This document shows positions 1-9,530 of a DNA stretch of 64,000 nucleotides, one piece after another. The translations under genes and the position numbers were made by a program. Position 1 is the stretch's first letter; every line of letters starts with the position of its first letter. This DNA is from Candidatus Marinacidobacterium sp. (GTDB lineage Bacteria > Acidobacteriota > Vicinamibacteria > Marinacidobacterales > Marinacidobacteraceae), in assembly GCA_965204755.1 (NCBI GenBank), contig OZ242011.1:1024001-1088000 (forward strand). The letters are read 5' to 3'. The notes below the pieces were generated by a model. It saw only the letters and a list, made by a program, of their open reading frames with translations, was not told the origin of the DNA and made no database searches.

Positions 1-2
1 GG

Positions 3-266
3 TTCGAGGGCGCCGTCCTGCCGGAGGCGCTCTGCCCGCTGCCCGAGACTCCGGGGGCGGCGGGGTTCGAGGGCGGCGCGGCGCGGCCGCTGAAGGCGGT
101 AGTGAACGACTTCGAGAAGTCGCTCATCACCCGGGCGCTTCGCCGGTTCCGGGGCAACCAGAAAGAGACCGCGAAGGCGCTGGGCGTGAACCCGACGACG
201 CTCCACGAGAAGATGAAGCGCCTCGGGCTGCTGCGGAGGAAGCGAACGCCCGAACCGGCGGCGTAG
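3..266 (+). CDS. 3' end (partial) of a sigma-54 activator / NtrC-family regulator with Fis-type HTH
   Basis: Manual translation from base 3: ...LKAVVNDFEKSLITRALRRFRGNQKETAKALGVNPTTLHEKMKRLGL..., the typical HTH_8 tail; TAG at 264-266; 5' part lies outside the window. Confidence 0.85.
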   Translation, partial: FEGAVLPEALCPLPETPGAAGFEGGAARPLKAVVNDFEKSLITRALRRFRGNQKETAKALGVNPTTLHEKMKRLGLLRRKRTPEPAA

Positions 267-304
267 CGCGGCCTCCGCCGCCCCGGCGGCCCCCGTACGC
301 AGGA

Positions 305-333
305 AAACCCGGCGGGACGGACCCGCCGGGTTT
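305..333. terminator. Probable bidirectional intrinsic terminator hairpin
   Basis: AAACCCGGCGGG-acgga-CCCGCCGGGTTT is a perfect 12-bp stem between two convergent genes. Confidence 0.65.
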
Positions 334-400
334 CGCCGGAGGAGAAGACCGACGACCGGGCGCCGCCTGCGGGGGCGCCCGGCTCAGCCGGAGGCGGGCG

Positions 401-961
401 TTACTTCTCGGTGATGCGGAAGTGGGCGCGCCGGTTCTGCATCCAGCACTCCTCGTTCGAGTCGGTGCACTGGGGGCGCTCCTTCCCGTAACTCACCATG
501 CGGAGGCGGCTCTCGGGCACGCCGAGTGAAGTCAGGAAGTCCATCGCGGCCCGCGCGCGGCGCTCGCCGAGCGCCTGGTTGTACTCGACCGTGCCCCGCT
601 CGTCGCAGTGGCCTTCGATCTCGATCATCGCGGACACATAGGGACGCTGCAGCCAGTCGGAGTTCGCCCGGAGGGTGCTCTGCGCCGAGTCGGTGAGTTC
701 CGACATGTCGTAGTCGAAGTGGATGTCCGACAGGTTGCGCTGCAGTTCCATCATGTCTGCGTCGAGATACATGTCCCGCTCGGTGGGCTCCGGCGGCGGC
801 GGCGGCGGAGGCGGCGGAGGCGGCGGCGGAGGCGGCGGAGGCGGCGGAGGCGGCTCCTCCGGCGGAGGCGGCGGCGGGGGAGGCTTGGAGCACGCGGTCA
901 GGGCGAGCCCGAAGCCGGCTGCCAGACTGAGGAGCAGCAGCAGGGCGAGAACTTTCTTCAC
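401..961 (-). CDS. pal: Peptidoglycan-associated lipoprotein (OmpA-like domain) with polyproline linker
   Basis: Lipobox LTAC; motifs IHFDYD, IEGHCDERGTVEYNQALGERRA, VSYGKERP, NRRAHF; GTG at 961 preceded by GGAGG. Confidence 0.92.
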   Translation of the reverse strand: MKKVLALLLLLSLAAGFGLALTACSKPPPPPPPPEEPPPPPPPPPPPPPPPPPPPPPEPTERDMYLDADMMELQRNLSDIHFDYDMSELTDSAQSTLRANSDWLQRPYVSAMIEIEGHCDERGTVEYNQALGERRARAAMDFLTSLGVPESRLRMVSYGKERPQCTDSNEECWMQNRRAHFRITEK

Positions 962-1004
962 CTGAGACCTCCGGGGCAACGGAAAGACAAGGTTGGCCGG
1001 GGAG

Positions 1005-1032
1005 AGTATCGGAATCGTCCGTATGGCGTCAA
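1005..1032 (-). promoter_or_regulatory. Putative sigma-70 promoter of pal
   Basis: Minus strand TTGACG-16 nt-GATACT, about 45 nt upstream of the start codon. Confidence 0.45.
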
Positions 1033-1109
1033 CGAGTTGTGCGGGCGCAAGTCCCTTCGTCGTCCCCCGTCGAAGACGGCGCGTGACCCGGCGGAGCGGG
1101 GACCGCGGG

Positions 1110-1916
1110 TCAACGGCGGGCGCTTTCGGTCTCTTCGCGGATGCGGCGGGCGGCGGCGGCGGGGTCGGGGCTGCGCGTGATGGCGCGGCCGACGACCAGG
1201 TAGTTCGCGCCCCGGCGGGCGGCTTCGGCGGGGGTGGCGACGCGGCGCTGGTCGTGGGTTTCGCCCGCCCAGGAGGGGCGGACGCCGGGGACGAGGAGCA
1301 CCGGGGCGTCGCCGAGCCGTTCGCGGAGGAGGGGCGCCTCCTCGGCGGAAGCGACCACCCCGTCCGCGCCGGCTTCGACGGAGAGCGCGGCCAGGCGGAG
1401 GACCTGGTCGGCGATGGAGACGCCGGGGAAGACTTCGGAGGCCGCCGGCGGGTCGAGGTGGGTGAGCACCGTTACCGCGAGCAGGAGGGGGCGGTCGCCG
1501 GGCGCCCGCGGCGGCGGCGAACCGGCGGCGAGTGGGCGCGGCGGTTCGCGGAGGGCGGCGGCGGCGGCTTCGATCATGGGACGGCCGCCGGAGGCGTGGA
1601 GGTCCACCAGGTCCGCGCCGAGGGCGGCCGCCGAGCGGACCGCGCCGGCGACCGTCGCCGGGATGTCGTGGAACTTCAGGTCGAGGAAGACCCGGCCGGC
1701 GTCCGCGAAGGCGGCGACCGCGCGGGGGCCGGCGGCGGTGAAGAGTTCCTTGCCGATCTTGAAGAAGTCGGCCGCGTCCCCGAGCCGGTCGCGGAGGCGG
1801 AGGGCTTCGTCGAGGTCGCCGGTGTCCACGGCGACCACCAGCCGCCCGGCGCCGGGGGGCGCGACCCAGTCCGGCAGCGGAAGGGGGGCGGGGCCGGGAA
1901 TATGACCGGGAGTCAT
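1110..1916 (-). CDS. pyrF: Orotidine-5'-phosphate decarboxylase
   Basis: Motifs VAVD, FKIG, VFLDLKFHDIPATV, VTVLT, PGVRP...DQRR, LVVGRAIT. Confidence 0.95.
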   Translation of the reverse strand: MTPGHIPGPAPLPLPDWVAPPGAGRLVVAVDTGDLDEALRLRDRLGDAADFFKIGKELFTAAGPRAVAAFADAGRVFLDLKFHDIPATVAGAVRSAAALGADLVDLHASGGRPMIEAAAAALREPPRPLAAGSPPPRAPGDRPLLLAVTVLTHLDPPAASEVFPGVSIADQVLRLAALSVEAGADGVVASAEEAPLLRERLGDAPVLLVPGVRPSWAGETHDQRRVATPAEAARRGANYLVVGRAITRSPDPAAAARRIREETESARR

Positions 1917-2875
1917 GTTGCGTCTCCGAAGTCCAGGGCGCCGGTGAGATCCCTGAGCGCGGCGACCCGGTGGCGGAGGCAGTAGGCGCGGAGGTCGTCG
2001 AGCGTGCGGCGCCAGACGCCGGGGTCCACGAAGTTCATCGTCCCGATCTGCACCGCCGAGGCGCCGGCGAGGAAGAACTCCAGGGCGTCCTCGGCGCCGG
2101 CGATCCCGCCCATCCCGATCACCGGCAGGCCGGGCGCGCCGCGGAAGACCTCCCAGACCATGCGGACGGCGATCGGCCGGACCGCCGGGCCGGAGAGGCC
2201 GCCCACGATGTTGGCGAGGCGGGGGCGTCGGGTCTCCACCTCCACCGACATCGCCGGGATGGTGTTGATCAGCGAGACCGCGTCGGCGCCGGCTTCGCGG
2301 ACGCGGCGGGCGACGGCGGCGAGGTCCGGCGCGCTCGGGCTCAACTTGGGGATGACCGGGAGGGTGGTGCCGCGGCGGACGACTTCGGTGGCGCGCGCGG
2401 CGGCGGCGGGGTCGCGGCCGAACTCGATGCCGCCCTCCGCCACATTGGGGCAGGAGATGTTGATCTCGATCCCGTGGACGCCCTCCGCGTCGTCGAGGAT
2501 GCGGGCGAGTTCCGCGTACTCCTCGAGCGAACTGCCGCAGATGTTCGCCAGGAGCACTTTGCCGAGGGCGCGGACGGCGGGGAGTTTCGCCGCCAGGAAC
2601 TCGCGGATGCCGACCTCCTGGAGGCCGATGGCGTTCAGCATCCCCGACGGGGTCTCCCAGATGCGGGGCGGCGGGCAGCCGGGGCGGGGCTCCAGGTAGA
2701 GGCCCTTCGCGCTGACCGCGCCGATGGCGGAGTAGTCGGCGACGCCGCGGTACTCGTCGCCGTAGCCGAAGGTGCCGCTCGCGGCGATGAGCGGGGTGGG
2801 GAGGCGAAGGCCGGCGACTTCGACGGAGAGGTCGGGCTCGGGCGCCGGCGGGCGCGGATCGGCGGGCGGGGTCAC
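1913..2875 (-). CDS. pyrD: Dihydroorotate dehydrogenase family 1B catalytic subunit
   Basis: Motifs ASGTFG, MLNAIGLQ, EINISCPN, KLSP, INT, GGLSGPAVRP, IGMGGI; GTG start overlaps the pyrK stop (GTGA). Confidence 0.93.
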   Translation of the reverse strand: MTPPADPRPPAPEPDLSVEVAGLRLPTPLIAASGTFGYGDEYRGVADYSAIGAVSAKGLYLEPRPGCPPPRIWETPSGMLNAIGLQEVGIREFLAAKLPAVRALGKVLLANICGSSLEEYAELARILDDAEGVHGIEINISCPNVAEGGIEFGRDPAAAARATEVVRRGTTLPVIPKLSPSAPDLAAVARRVREAGADAVSLINTIPAMSVEVETRRPRLANIVGGLSGPAVRPIAVRMVWEVFRGAPGLPVIGMGGIAGAEDALEFFLAGASAVQIGTMNFVDPGVWRRTLDDLRAYCLRHRVAALRDLTGALDFGDAT

Positions 2876-3759
2876 AGCGGGTGCGGGTCGCGGGTCCAGA
2901 CGATCCGGTCGGCGTCGAAGACCGGGCCTTCGGTGCAACTGCGGAGGTATTCCGGGGGCTCGCCGGGCGAAGGCGCGGCCCAGACCACGCAGCCGAGGCA
3001 GCAGCCCATGCCGCAGCCCATGCGGCGTTCGATGGAGACCTGGTGCGGGACGCCGGCGGCCGCGCCGAGTTCGGCGGCGCGGAGGAGCATCCCGGTGGGG
3101 CCGCAGGAATAGAGCGCGGGGCGTCCGGCGTCGGCCAGGGCGCCGTCCAGGAGTTCGGTGACGAAGCCGCGGCGGCCGGCGCTGCCGTCCTCGGTGGCGC
3201 AGCGGACCTCCATGCCGAAGTCGGTGAAAGCGTCGCGGAGGTAGAGGTCTTCCGCCGTCCGGCCGCCGAGCAGCACCAGGGCGCGGCGGCCGGCGTCGCG
3301 CAGCGCCCGGCAGAAGAGGACGAACGGGGCGATGCCGACGCCGCCGGCGACGATGACCGGAGTCCGGTCGGCTGACGGCCGGCGGAAGACCGTGCCCAGC
3401 GGGCCGAGGCAGTCCGCTTCCCCGCCGGGTTCGAGCCGGGCGAGGGCGCGGCTGCCGGCGCCGAACTCCTTGACCAGCAGGGAGAAGCCGGCGGACTCCG
3501 GGGCCCGGTCGCAGTAGGAGTAGGGGCGGCGGAGGAGGCCGGCGCCGGCGAGCCGGAGCATCGCGAACTGGCCGGGAAGCGGGGAGTCTCCCGGCCCCGG
3601 CCCCGACCCCGACTCCGCCGGCGGGGAAACCGGCGCGAAGTGGAGCAGGCAGGCGTCGCGGGACAGCGGCTCCTTCCGCTCCAGCCGGACGCGGAGGTCG
3701 CGGCGGCGCGGCGGCGCGTCGGCGGGCCCCGGCGGGTTCGCGGACAGTGGGGAGGTCAG
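2872..3759 (-). CDS. pyrK: Dihydroorotate dehydrogenase electron transfer subunit (start uncertain)
   Basis: Motifs PGQF, RRPYS, GPLG, AGGVGIAP, CGP, and the 2Fe-2S motif RMGCGMGCCLGC...CTEGPVF; directly upstream of pyrD. Confidence 0.9.
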   Translation of the reverse strand: MTSPLSANPPGPADAPPRRRDLRVRLERKEPLSRDACLLHFAPVSPPAESGSGPGPGDSPLPGQFAMLRLAGAGLLRRPYSYCDRAPESAGFSLLVKEFGAGSRALARLEPGGEADCLGPLGTVFRRPSADRTPVIVAGGVGIAPFVLFCRALRDAGRRALVLLGGRTAEDLYLRDAFTDFGMEVRCATEDGSAGRRGFVTELLDGALADAGRPALYSCGPTGMLLRAAELGAAAGVPHQVSIERRMGCGMGCCLGCVVWAAPSPGEPPEYLRSCTEGPVFDADRIVWTRDPHPL

Positions 3760-5603
3760 GACTCGCGGGAGGTGACGCGGTTCGCTTCGGCGAGCGTGGT
3801 GCGCCCGGCGGCGACCGCGGCGAGGGCGTTCGCGCGGAGGGAGGTCATCCCGTCCCCTTCCGCCGTTTCGCGGATCTGCGGGCCGCCGCGCCGGGCGAGG
3901 ATCATCTCCCGCACCGCCGGGCTCAGCGGCAGCACCTCGCTCACCGCGGTCCGGCCGCGAAAGCCGCGTCCGTCGCACCGGCGGCAGCCCCCGGGCCGGA
4001 AGACGCTCTCTACCGGGAAGCCGGCGGCGTCCAGCGTGGAGCGCTCGCGCCCGTCCGGCGGCTCCGGGCGGCGGCAGTCGGCGCACAGCAGCCGCAGCAG
4101 CCGCTGGGCGGCGATGCAGTGGAGGGCGGAGACGAAGTTGTGCGGGTCGGCGCCCATGTGGAGGAACCGGCCGATCACATCGAAGGCGTGGTTCGCGTGG
4201 ACGGTGGTCAGCACCAGGTGGCCGGTCAGCGCCGCCTGCACCGCGATGGAGGCGGTCTCCGGGTCGCGGACTTCACCGACCATGATCGTGTCCGGGTCGT
4301 GGCGGAGGATGGAGCGGAGGCCGCGGGCGAAGGTGAGGCCCTTCTTCTCGTTCACCGGCACCTGGGTGACGCCGGCGATCTCGTATTCCACCGGATCCTC
4401 GATGGAGACGATCTTGGCCTCGGAGGTGGCGATCTCCGAGAGCGCGGCGTAGAGCGTGGTGGTCTTGCCGCTGCCGGTGGGGCCGGTGACCAGGAACATC
4501 CCGAAGGGGCGGCGGGTGTGTTCGCGGATGACTTCGAGTTCGCGGCCGGCGAAGCCGAGGGCGTCGAGCGAGAGCGCCTCGAACCGGGAGCCGAGGCTCT
4601 GCTTGTCGAGGACGCGGATCACCACATCCTCGCCGTGGACGCTCGGCATCACCGAGACCCGGAAGTCCACGGTGCGGGGCGCCCCGCCCGCGCCGCCGGG
4701 GACGAGCGCGCGGAACCGGCCGTCCTGGGGGACCCGCCGCTCCGCCACATCGAGTTCCGCCATGACCTTGAGCCGGGCGGCGATCGTCCCGTGGTAGGCG
4801 GCGCTCACCGGATCCATCGCCGGGTAGAGGACGCCGTCCACCCGGTACTTGAGGACGACTTCCTCCGCCCGGGTCTCGATGTGGATGTCCGTGGCGCGGC
4901 GCTCGATGGCGTTCACCAGCAGCGAGTCCACCAGCCGGACGACCGGGCTGCCGCCCTGGGGTTGTTCCAGCGACTCCAGCGAGATGACCGGTGTCCCGGC
5001 GCCGGCTTCCGCCCCGGCGAGGCGTTCGATGCGGAGGTCTTCGGAGGCCCGGTCGAGGAGGAAACTGGAGTTGGTGTTCCGCTCGATGATCGCGGCGATC
5101 CGCTCGGCGTCCCCGGTATGGACGGTGAGCGGACGCCCGAGCAGGAGTTCCAGCCGGTCGGTCTCCCGCTCGTCCACCGGCGGGGCGACCGCCACCGCGA
5201 GGCGCTCGCCGTCCTCCGCGAGCGGGACGAAACGGAACCGGCGCACCAACTCCATCGGGACGGCGCGCCAGAGCGCGACCTCGTCGCGGTACGCGGAGAG
5301 GTCGGCGACGGGATAGCCGCCGCCGTTTCCGCCGGCGCGGGCGGACGCGGGCGGGCGCGGGCCCGCCTCCGGCGAAGCGGACCCGGGGGACTCCGCCGAT
5401 GACAGCGAAGACGGGGAAGACGGGGAACCCCCCGCGAAGACCCCCCGCGGCGCGGCGGCCCGCGACCGGACCGGCGACAGGGCGCCGGCCGTTTCCGGCC
5501 GGCGGACTACTTCAGTCGCAGCAGTCGGACTGGAAGGGCTTCGCGGGCTTGACGCGGACCACATCCCGCGCCGGGATCTGGATCGCCTCGCCGGTCTGGA
5601 CAT
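3756..5603 (-). CDS. GspE/PilB-family secretion/pilus assembly ATPase (true start probably downstream of 5603)
   Basis: Motifs ATDIHIE, ERRVPQDGRF, Walker A GPTGSGKTT, IEDPVEY, LRHDPDTIMVGEVRD, LTGHLVLTTVH, CxxC pairs. Confidence 0.92.
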   Translation of the reverse strand: MSRPARRSRSRRGMWSASSPRSPSSPTAATEVVRRPETAGALSPVRSRAAAPRGVFAGGSPSSPSSLSSAESPGSASPEAGPRPPASARAGGNGGGYPVADLSAYRDEVALWRAVPMELVRRFRFVPLAEDGERLAVAVAPPVDERETDRLELLLGRPLTVHTGDAERIAAIIERNTNSSFLLDRASEDLRIERLAGAEAGAGTPVISLESLEQPQGGSPVVRLVDSLLVNAIERRATDIHIETRAEEVVLKYRVDGVLYPAMDPVSAAYHGTIAARLKVMAELDVAERRVPQDGRFRALVPGGAGGAPRTVDFRVSVMPSVHGEDVVIRVLDKQSLGSRFEALSLDALGFAGRELEVIREHTRRPFGMFLVTGPTGSGKTTTLYAALSEIATSEAKIVSIEDPVEYEIAGVTQVPVNEKKGLTFARGLRSILRHDPDTIMVGEVRDPETASIAVQAALTGHLVLTTVHANHAFDVIGRFLHMGADPHNFVSALHCIAAQRLLRLLCADCRRPEPPDGRERSTLDAAGFPVESVFRPGGCRRCDGRGFRGRTAVSEVLPLSPAVREMILARRGGPQIRETAEGDGMTSLRANALAAVAAGRTTLAEANRVTSRES

Positions 5604-5787
5604 TCCGGCCGGTGCGCGCCTGGCGGTGGCCGATCGTGAACCGGCAGATGCCGGGAAGGACGAAGGGCTCCCCGCTGCGCAGTTCGTCGACGGCGGCGGC
5701 CCGCAACTCGTCGAGACAGTCCGTCGCCTGGCGGCGGGTGATCTCGGCCGCGTCGGCGAGGCGACCGATGAGTTCCGCTTTGGTCAT
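5512..5787 (-). CDS. hup: HU/IHF-family histone-like DNA-binding protein
   Basis: MTKAELI..., ARTGRNVQTGEAIQIPA; 91 aa. Confidence 0.9.
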   Translation of the reverse strand: MTKAELIGRLADAAEITRRQATDCLDELRAAAVDELRSGEPFVLPGICRFTIGHRQARTGRNVQTGEAIQIPARDVVRVKPAKPFQSDCCD

Positions 5788-5971
5788 GTACGAGGGGCTC
5801 CTTCCCTACGGTGTCCGCTGACTCTCGCCCGGCGGTTGTTTGTGGAGTGGGTTCGCGCGCGGCGGACGGGGCCGCGCCGCGGGCAAGCGAGTATGCCACA
5901 GGAAGCGCCCCGGCGGACGACCGAACGCGGGATTTTTTCCCGCGGAACGGGAGCGTTCGGCGGAGCGGTGT

Positions 5972-8900
5972 TCACTGCGACAGGAGTTGGTCGAGGGTGG
6001 CCAGCCGACCGTTCCGGACGACGGCCCGGACGCGCCGGAGCGCGGTGAGGTCTTCGAGCGGGTCGCCGTCGAGCAACACCAGGTCGGCGAGCGCGCCCGG
6101 GGCGACCACGCCGAGTTCGCCGGCGAGACCCAGCGCTTCCGCGGCGCCCGCGGTCGCGGTCCGCAGCGCGCCGGCGGCGCCGAGGCCGGCTTCGGCGAGT
6201 TGCTCGATCTCCAGGATCAACCCGAGTCCGTAGGGGACGATCGGGGTGTCGGTGCCGGCGATGACGCGGGCGCCGGCCTCGTGGACGGCGGCGATGGTTT
6301 CCCACATCGGGCGCATCAGTTCGAGCCGCTCCGCCGGGTCGCCGGGGTTTTCGAGCGGGGCGACGAGGCGGGTGGCCAGCCAGTGCGGCAGCGCGTGGAT
6401 CCGGCGGTCGGTCTCCAGCAGGGTCGGCTCGCGGGCGAGGGCGAGGTCCCAGCCGCCGTAGATCAGCAGCGTCGGGGTGAAGAAGACGCCGGACTCGACG
6501 AGCAGCGACCGGACATCGGCGTACGAGCGGCCGAGGTCGGTGATCTTCGGGGAGAAGCCGCGGCGGGAGGTGCCCTTCAGGTGCTCGATGCCGCTGATGC
6601 CGTAGCGGACCGCCGGGTAGATCTCGTGGGAGGAGACGAAGAGGCCGCGGCGGCGGGCGCGTTCGACCGCGTCCTTCTGGGAGGCGTCGTCGAGGCGGAC
6701 ATAGGTCTTGAGGAGGTCGTAGTCGAGTTCCTCGGCTTGGCGGAAGGCGGCGTCGGCGCCGGGGCCGCCGGCGGAGGGGGCGGAGCCCGGGTAGTAGATG
6801 CGGCTGCCGTCCAGCGTGGCGCCGGTGAGGAAGAGGCGGGGGCCGACGCGGCGGCCGGCGAGGATGGCTTCCCGTTCGGCGACCGCGCGGTAGGGGGCGG
6901 CGGCGGTGATGCGGACCGAGGTGATGCCGTAGGCGAGGTGCGCGCGTCCGAACCGGTTCCCGAAGGCGGCGCCCATCGGGTGGGTGTGCATCTCGATCAG
7001 GCCGGGGATCAGGGTCGCGCCGTTCGCGCGGATGACGCGGAGGTCTTCGTCGGTCGGTTCCGCGGCGGGTTCGACGGAGACGATGCGGCCGGCTTCGATG
7101 AGGACTTGGCGGTCGGGGGTGGTTACGCCGGCTTCGGGGTCGAAGACGCGGACGCCGTGGAGGAGCAGGCGGCCGGCGGGCGCCGGGACGGTGTAGGCGT
7201 GGCGGAGGGGGATTTCCTCGGGATCGCCGCCGGCGGCGGGTATGCGGAGGAGGCGGGCGCCGGAGAGGAAGGTGAGGTGTTCGCCGTCGGCGGTCCACGC
7301 CGGGTAGTCGGCGGGGCCTTCGTAGATGGTCTCGAGTTCGGCGGCGGGGGTGTGGTCGGGGGCGAGGGGGAGGACGGCGAGGCCGCCGTCGAGGGCGAAG
7401 GCGAGGGCGCGGCCGTCGGGGGCCCAGACCGGGCCGTCGGAGTCGCGGATGCCTACGGAGGCGCGGGGTTCTTCGAGGAGGCGGGCTTCGCCGGTGTCGG
7501 CGGCGACGAGGGCGATGCGGTTCCAGCCCTCGCGGAAGCGGGTGGAGAAGGGGGAGAGGACGGAGGTGGCGACGGTTTCGCCGTCGGGGCTCCAGTGGGG
7601 GGCGCCGAGGCCGCGGCGGCCGCGGTAGAGGACTTGGTCGGGGTCGGTCGGGGTCGGGGTGGGAGCGGTGTTCGCGGGGCCGTCGGTCGGGGGGACGCGG
7701 GCGGCGAGGCGGAGGTTGCCGGACTCGTCGAGGTAGGCGATGCGGGCGCCGTCCGGGGAGAGCGCCGGGGCGGTTTCGGCGCCGAGGCGGGTGGTGAGTT
7801 GGGTGAGGCCGGCGCCGGGGGCGGAGTCGGCGCGTTTCTCCCAGAGGTCCATCGTGCCCCGGCGGTCGCTGGCGAAGATGACGCTTTGGCCGTCGGGGGT
7901 CCAGATGGGGTCGGTGTCTTCGTAGCCGTCGCGGGTGAGGGGTCTGGGGGCTTCGGGGGTCTCGGCGTCGAGGGCGAGGAGCCAGAGGTCGCCGAGGGCG
8001 GCGTAGAGGAGGGTCTTTCCGTCGGGGCTGAGGGTGGGGCGGACGATGCCGCGGACCGGTTGCGGGTCTTCGGTTTCCGTGCGGATGCGGCCGGGGCGGA
8101 CGCGGGGGGCGCGGACGGCGAGTTCCGCGGTGAAGGGGACTGTGGCGGGGGTCGGGTCGGCGGGTTCGGGGGCGGCGGGGGTCGGCGGGGCGGCGAGGCG
8201 GGTGATGCGGCCGTCGGCGGTGTAGAGGAGCGTGTCCTCGTCGAGCCACTGCGGGCGGAAGGGGAAGATGTCTTCGCCGGCGGTCGGGAGGACGGTCGGG
8301 GGGGCGGGGGCGTCGTTCGCGGCGTTCCCATCGCCGGGGGGCGGCGTCCGCTCGTCGTCGAGGGGGGCGAGGGCGAGTTCGCTCGCCGTGCCGAGGTCGA
8401 AGCGGGAGCCCATGAGGGTGAGGCCCTCGTAGCGGAGTCGGCGGAAGGCCACGCGGGCGCCGTCGGGGCTGACCGCCGGGGCGGCGACCTTGCCGGCGGT
8501 CTGCGGGATTTCGCGGGGGGCGGGGGCGTCGGGGGCGAGCGGGTGGTGGCGGAGGGCGCCGTCGGCGGCGCCTTCGGGGGTCGCCACATAGACGAGGGCG
8601 GCGCCGTCGGGCATCCAGGCGGGTTCGCTTTCGTTGCCGAGGGCGGAGGTGAGTTGGGTGAGGCCGCCGGTTTCGAGGTCGTGGAGCCAGATGTCGTAGG
8701 TGCCGCCGCGGTCGGAGGAGAAGGCGACGCGCGTCCCGTCGGGGGAGACGGCGGGCTCCCGGTCGTCTCCTTCGCCGTCGGTGAGTCGCTCGGGAGTGGT
8801 TGCGGTCCGGAGGTCGGGGGGCGGGGTATCTGCTGCTGCGGCTTCGTCGGTCGCCGTCGCCGCGTCGGGGCGCGGCGGCAGGGCGAGCGCCCAGAGGTCC

Positions 8901-9352
8901 CAGGTCCCGCTGCGGTAGGACTGGAAGACGACTCGCCCGCCGTCCGGGTGGAAGTCCGGCCAGCGGTCGTCGCCGAGCCCGTCGGTGAGCGGCTCCGCTT
9001 CGCCGCCCGCCGCGGGGAGGCGCCAGAGGGTGCCCTGGAGGTCGATGACGAGGGTTTCCCCGTCCGGGGACGCCGCGACGGCGAAGTTGGTGCCTTCGCT
9101 GACGCGGACGGGGCGCGGTTCGGCTTCCGGTTGCGTATGCGCCGTTGCGGCGGGGGCGGGCGGGGCCTCGCGCGGAGCGGCCCGCAGCGCTGCGGAGGAG
9201 GCAAGGAGCCCGGCGACCGCGCCGACGATCCCGAATGCCGGGAGGCCGCGCCACCGCGCGGGGCGGGGTGACCGGGTTCCGGCGCCTCCCGGAGCGGGGC
9301 GGAGGCCCGCCGCCGCGTTCTTCCCGGGCGCTTCCGGAGCGGGCGCGCGCAT
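5972..9352 (-). CDS. Secreted amidohydrolase with N-terminal TolB-like (PD40) beta-propellers (start approximate)
   Basis: Signal-like segment, repeated P-x-x-SPDG blades, then LIPGLIEMHTH, LKTY, IEH, AGTD, GALADLVLLDGDPL. Confidence 0.85.
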   Translation of the reverse strand: MRAPAPEAPGKNAAAGLRPAPGGAGTRSPRPARWRGLPAFGIVGAVAGLLASSAALRAAPREAPPAPAATAHTQPEAEPRPVRVSEGTNFAVAASPDGETLVIDLQGTLWRLPAAGGEAEPLTDGLGDDRWPDFHPDGGRVVFQSYRSGTWDLWALALPPRPDAATATDEAAAADTPPPDLRTATTPERLTDGEGDDREPAVSPDGTRVAFSSDRGGTYDIWLHDLETGGLTQLTSALGNESEPAWMPDGAALVYVATPEGAADGALRHHPLAPDAPAPREIPQTAGKVAAPAVSPDGARVAFRRLRYEGLTLMGSRFDLGTASELALAPLDDERTPPPGDGNAANDAPAPPTVLPTAGEDIFPFRPQWLDEDTLLYTADGRITRLAAPPTPAAPEPADPTPATVPFTAELAVRAPRVRPGRIRTETEDPQPVRGIVRPTLSPDGKTLLYAALGDLWLLALDAETPEAPRPLTRDGYEDTDPIWTPDGQSVIFASDRRGTMDLWEKRADSAPGAGLTQLTTRLGAETAPALSPDGARIAYLDESGNLRLAARVPPTDGPANTAPTPTPTDPDQVLYRGRRGLGAPHWSPDGETVATSVLSPFSTRFREGWNRIALVAADTGEARLLEEPRASVGIRDSDGPVWAPDGRALAFALDGGLAVLPLAPDHTPAAELETIYEGPADYPAWTADGEHLTFLSGARLLRIPAAGGDPEEIPLRHAYTVPAPAGRLLLHGVRVFDPEAGVTTPDRQVLIEAGRIVSVEPAAEPTDEDLRVIRANGATLIPGLIEMHTHPMGAAFGNRFGRAHLAYGITSVRITAAAPYRAVAEREAILAGRRVGPRLFLTGATLDGSRIYYPGSAPSAGGPGADAAFRQAEELDYDLLKTYVRLDDASQKDAVERARRRGLFVSSHEIYPAVRYGISGIEHLKGTSRRGFSPKITDLGRSYADVRSLLVESGVFFTPTLLIYGGWDLALAREPTLLETDRRIHALPHWLATRLVAPLENPGDPAERLELMRPMWETIAAVHEAGARVIAGTDTPIVPYGLGLILEIEQLAEAGLGAAGALRTATAGAAEALGLAGELGVVAPGALADLVLLDGDPLEDLTALRRVRAVVRNGRLATLDQLLSQ

Positions 9353-9530
9353 CAGCCCCCGCGCCCGCCGCCGCATCGGAACGATGCTAGCAGCCGCCGG
9401 GTCGCGAGGGCCGGGTGCTGACGAGTTCGCCCCTCCGAGGGTGGGTTTGCGGGGACGGGACGGCGCGAGGGATGTCCGGGACCGCCGCCTGCCCCGACCT
9501 CGCTTCGCCACTACACTCCGCCGGCAACGG

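Noticed and set aside
608-1180. Poly-Arg, poly-Gly and poly-Ala ORFs over pal
   Set aside because: They are alternative-frame readings of the polyproline codon tract.
3756-5603. Complete type II secretion or type IV pilus locus
   Set aside because: Only the ATPase is present in this window.
5784-9271. Very long overlapping or antisense ORFs here and across the dcw and rpoD genes
   Set aside because: Shadow ORFs expected at very high GC; Arg/Pro/Gly-rich with no motifs.
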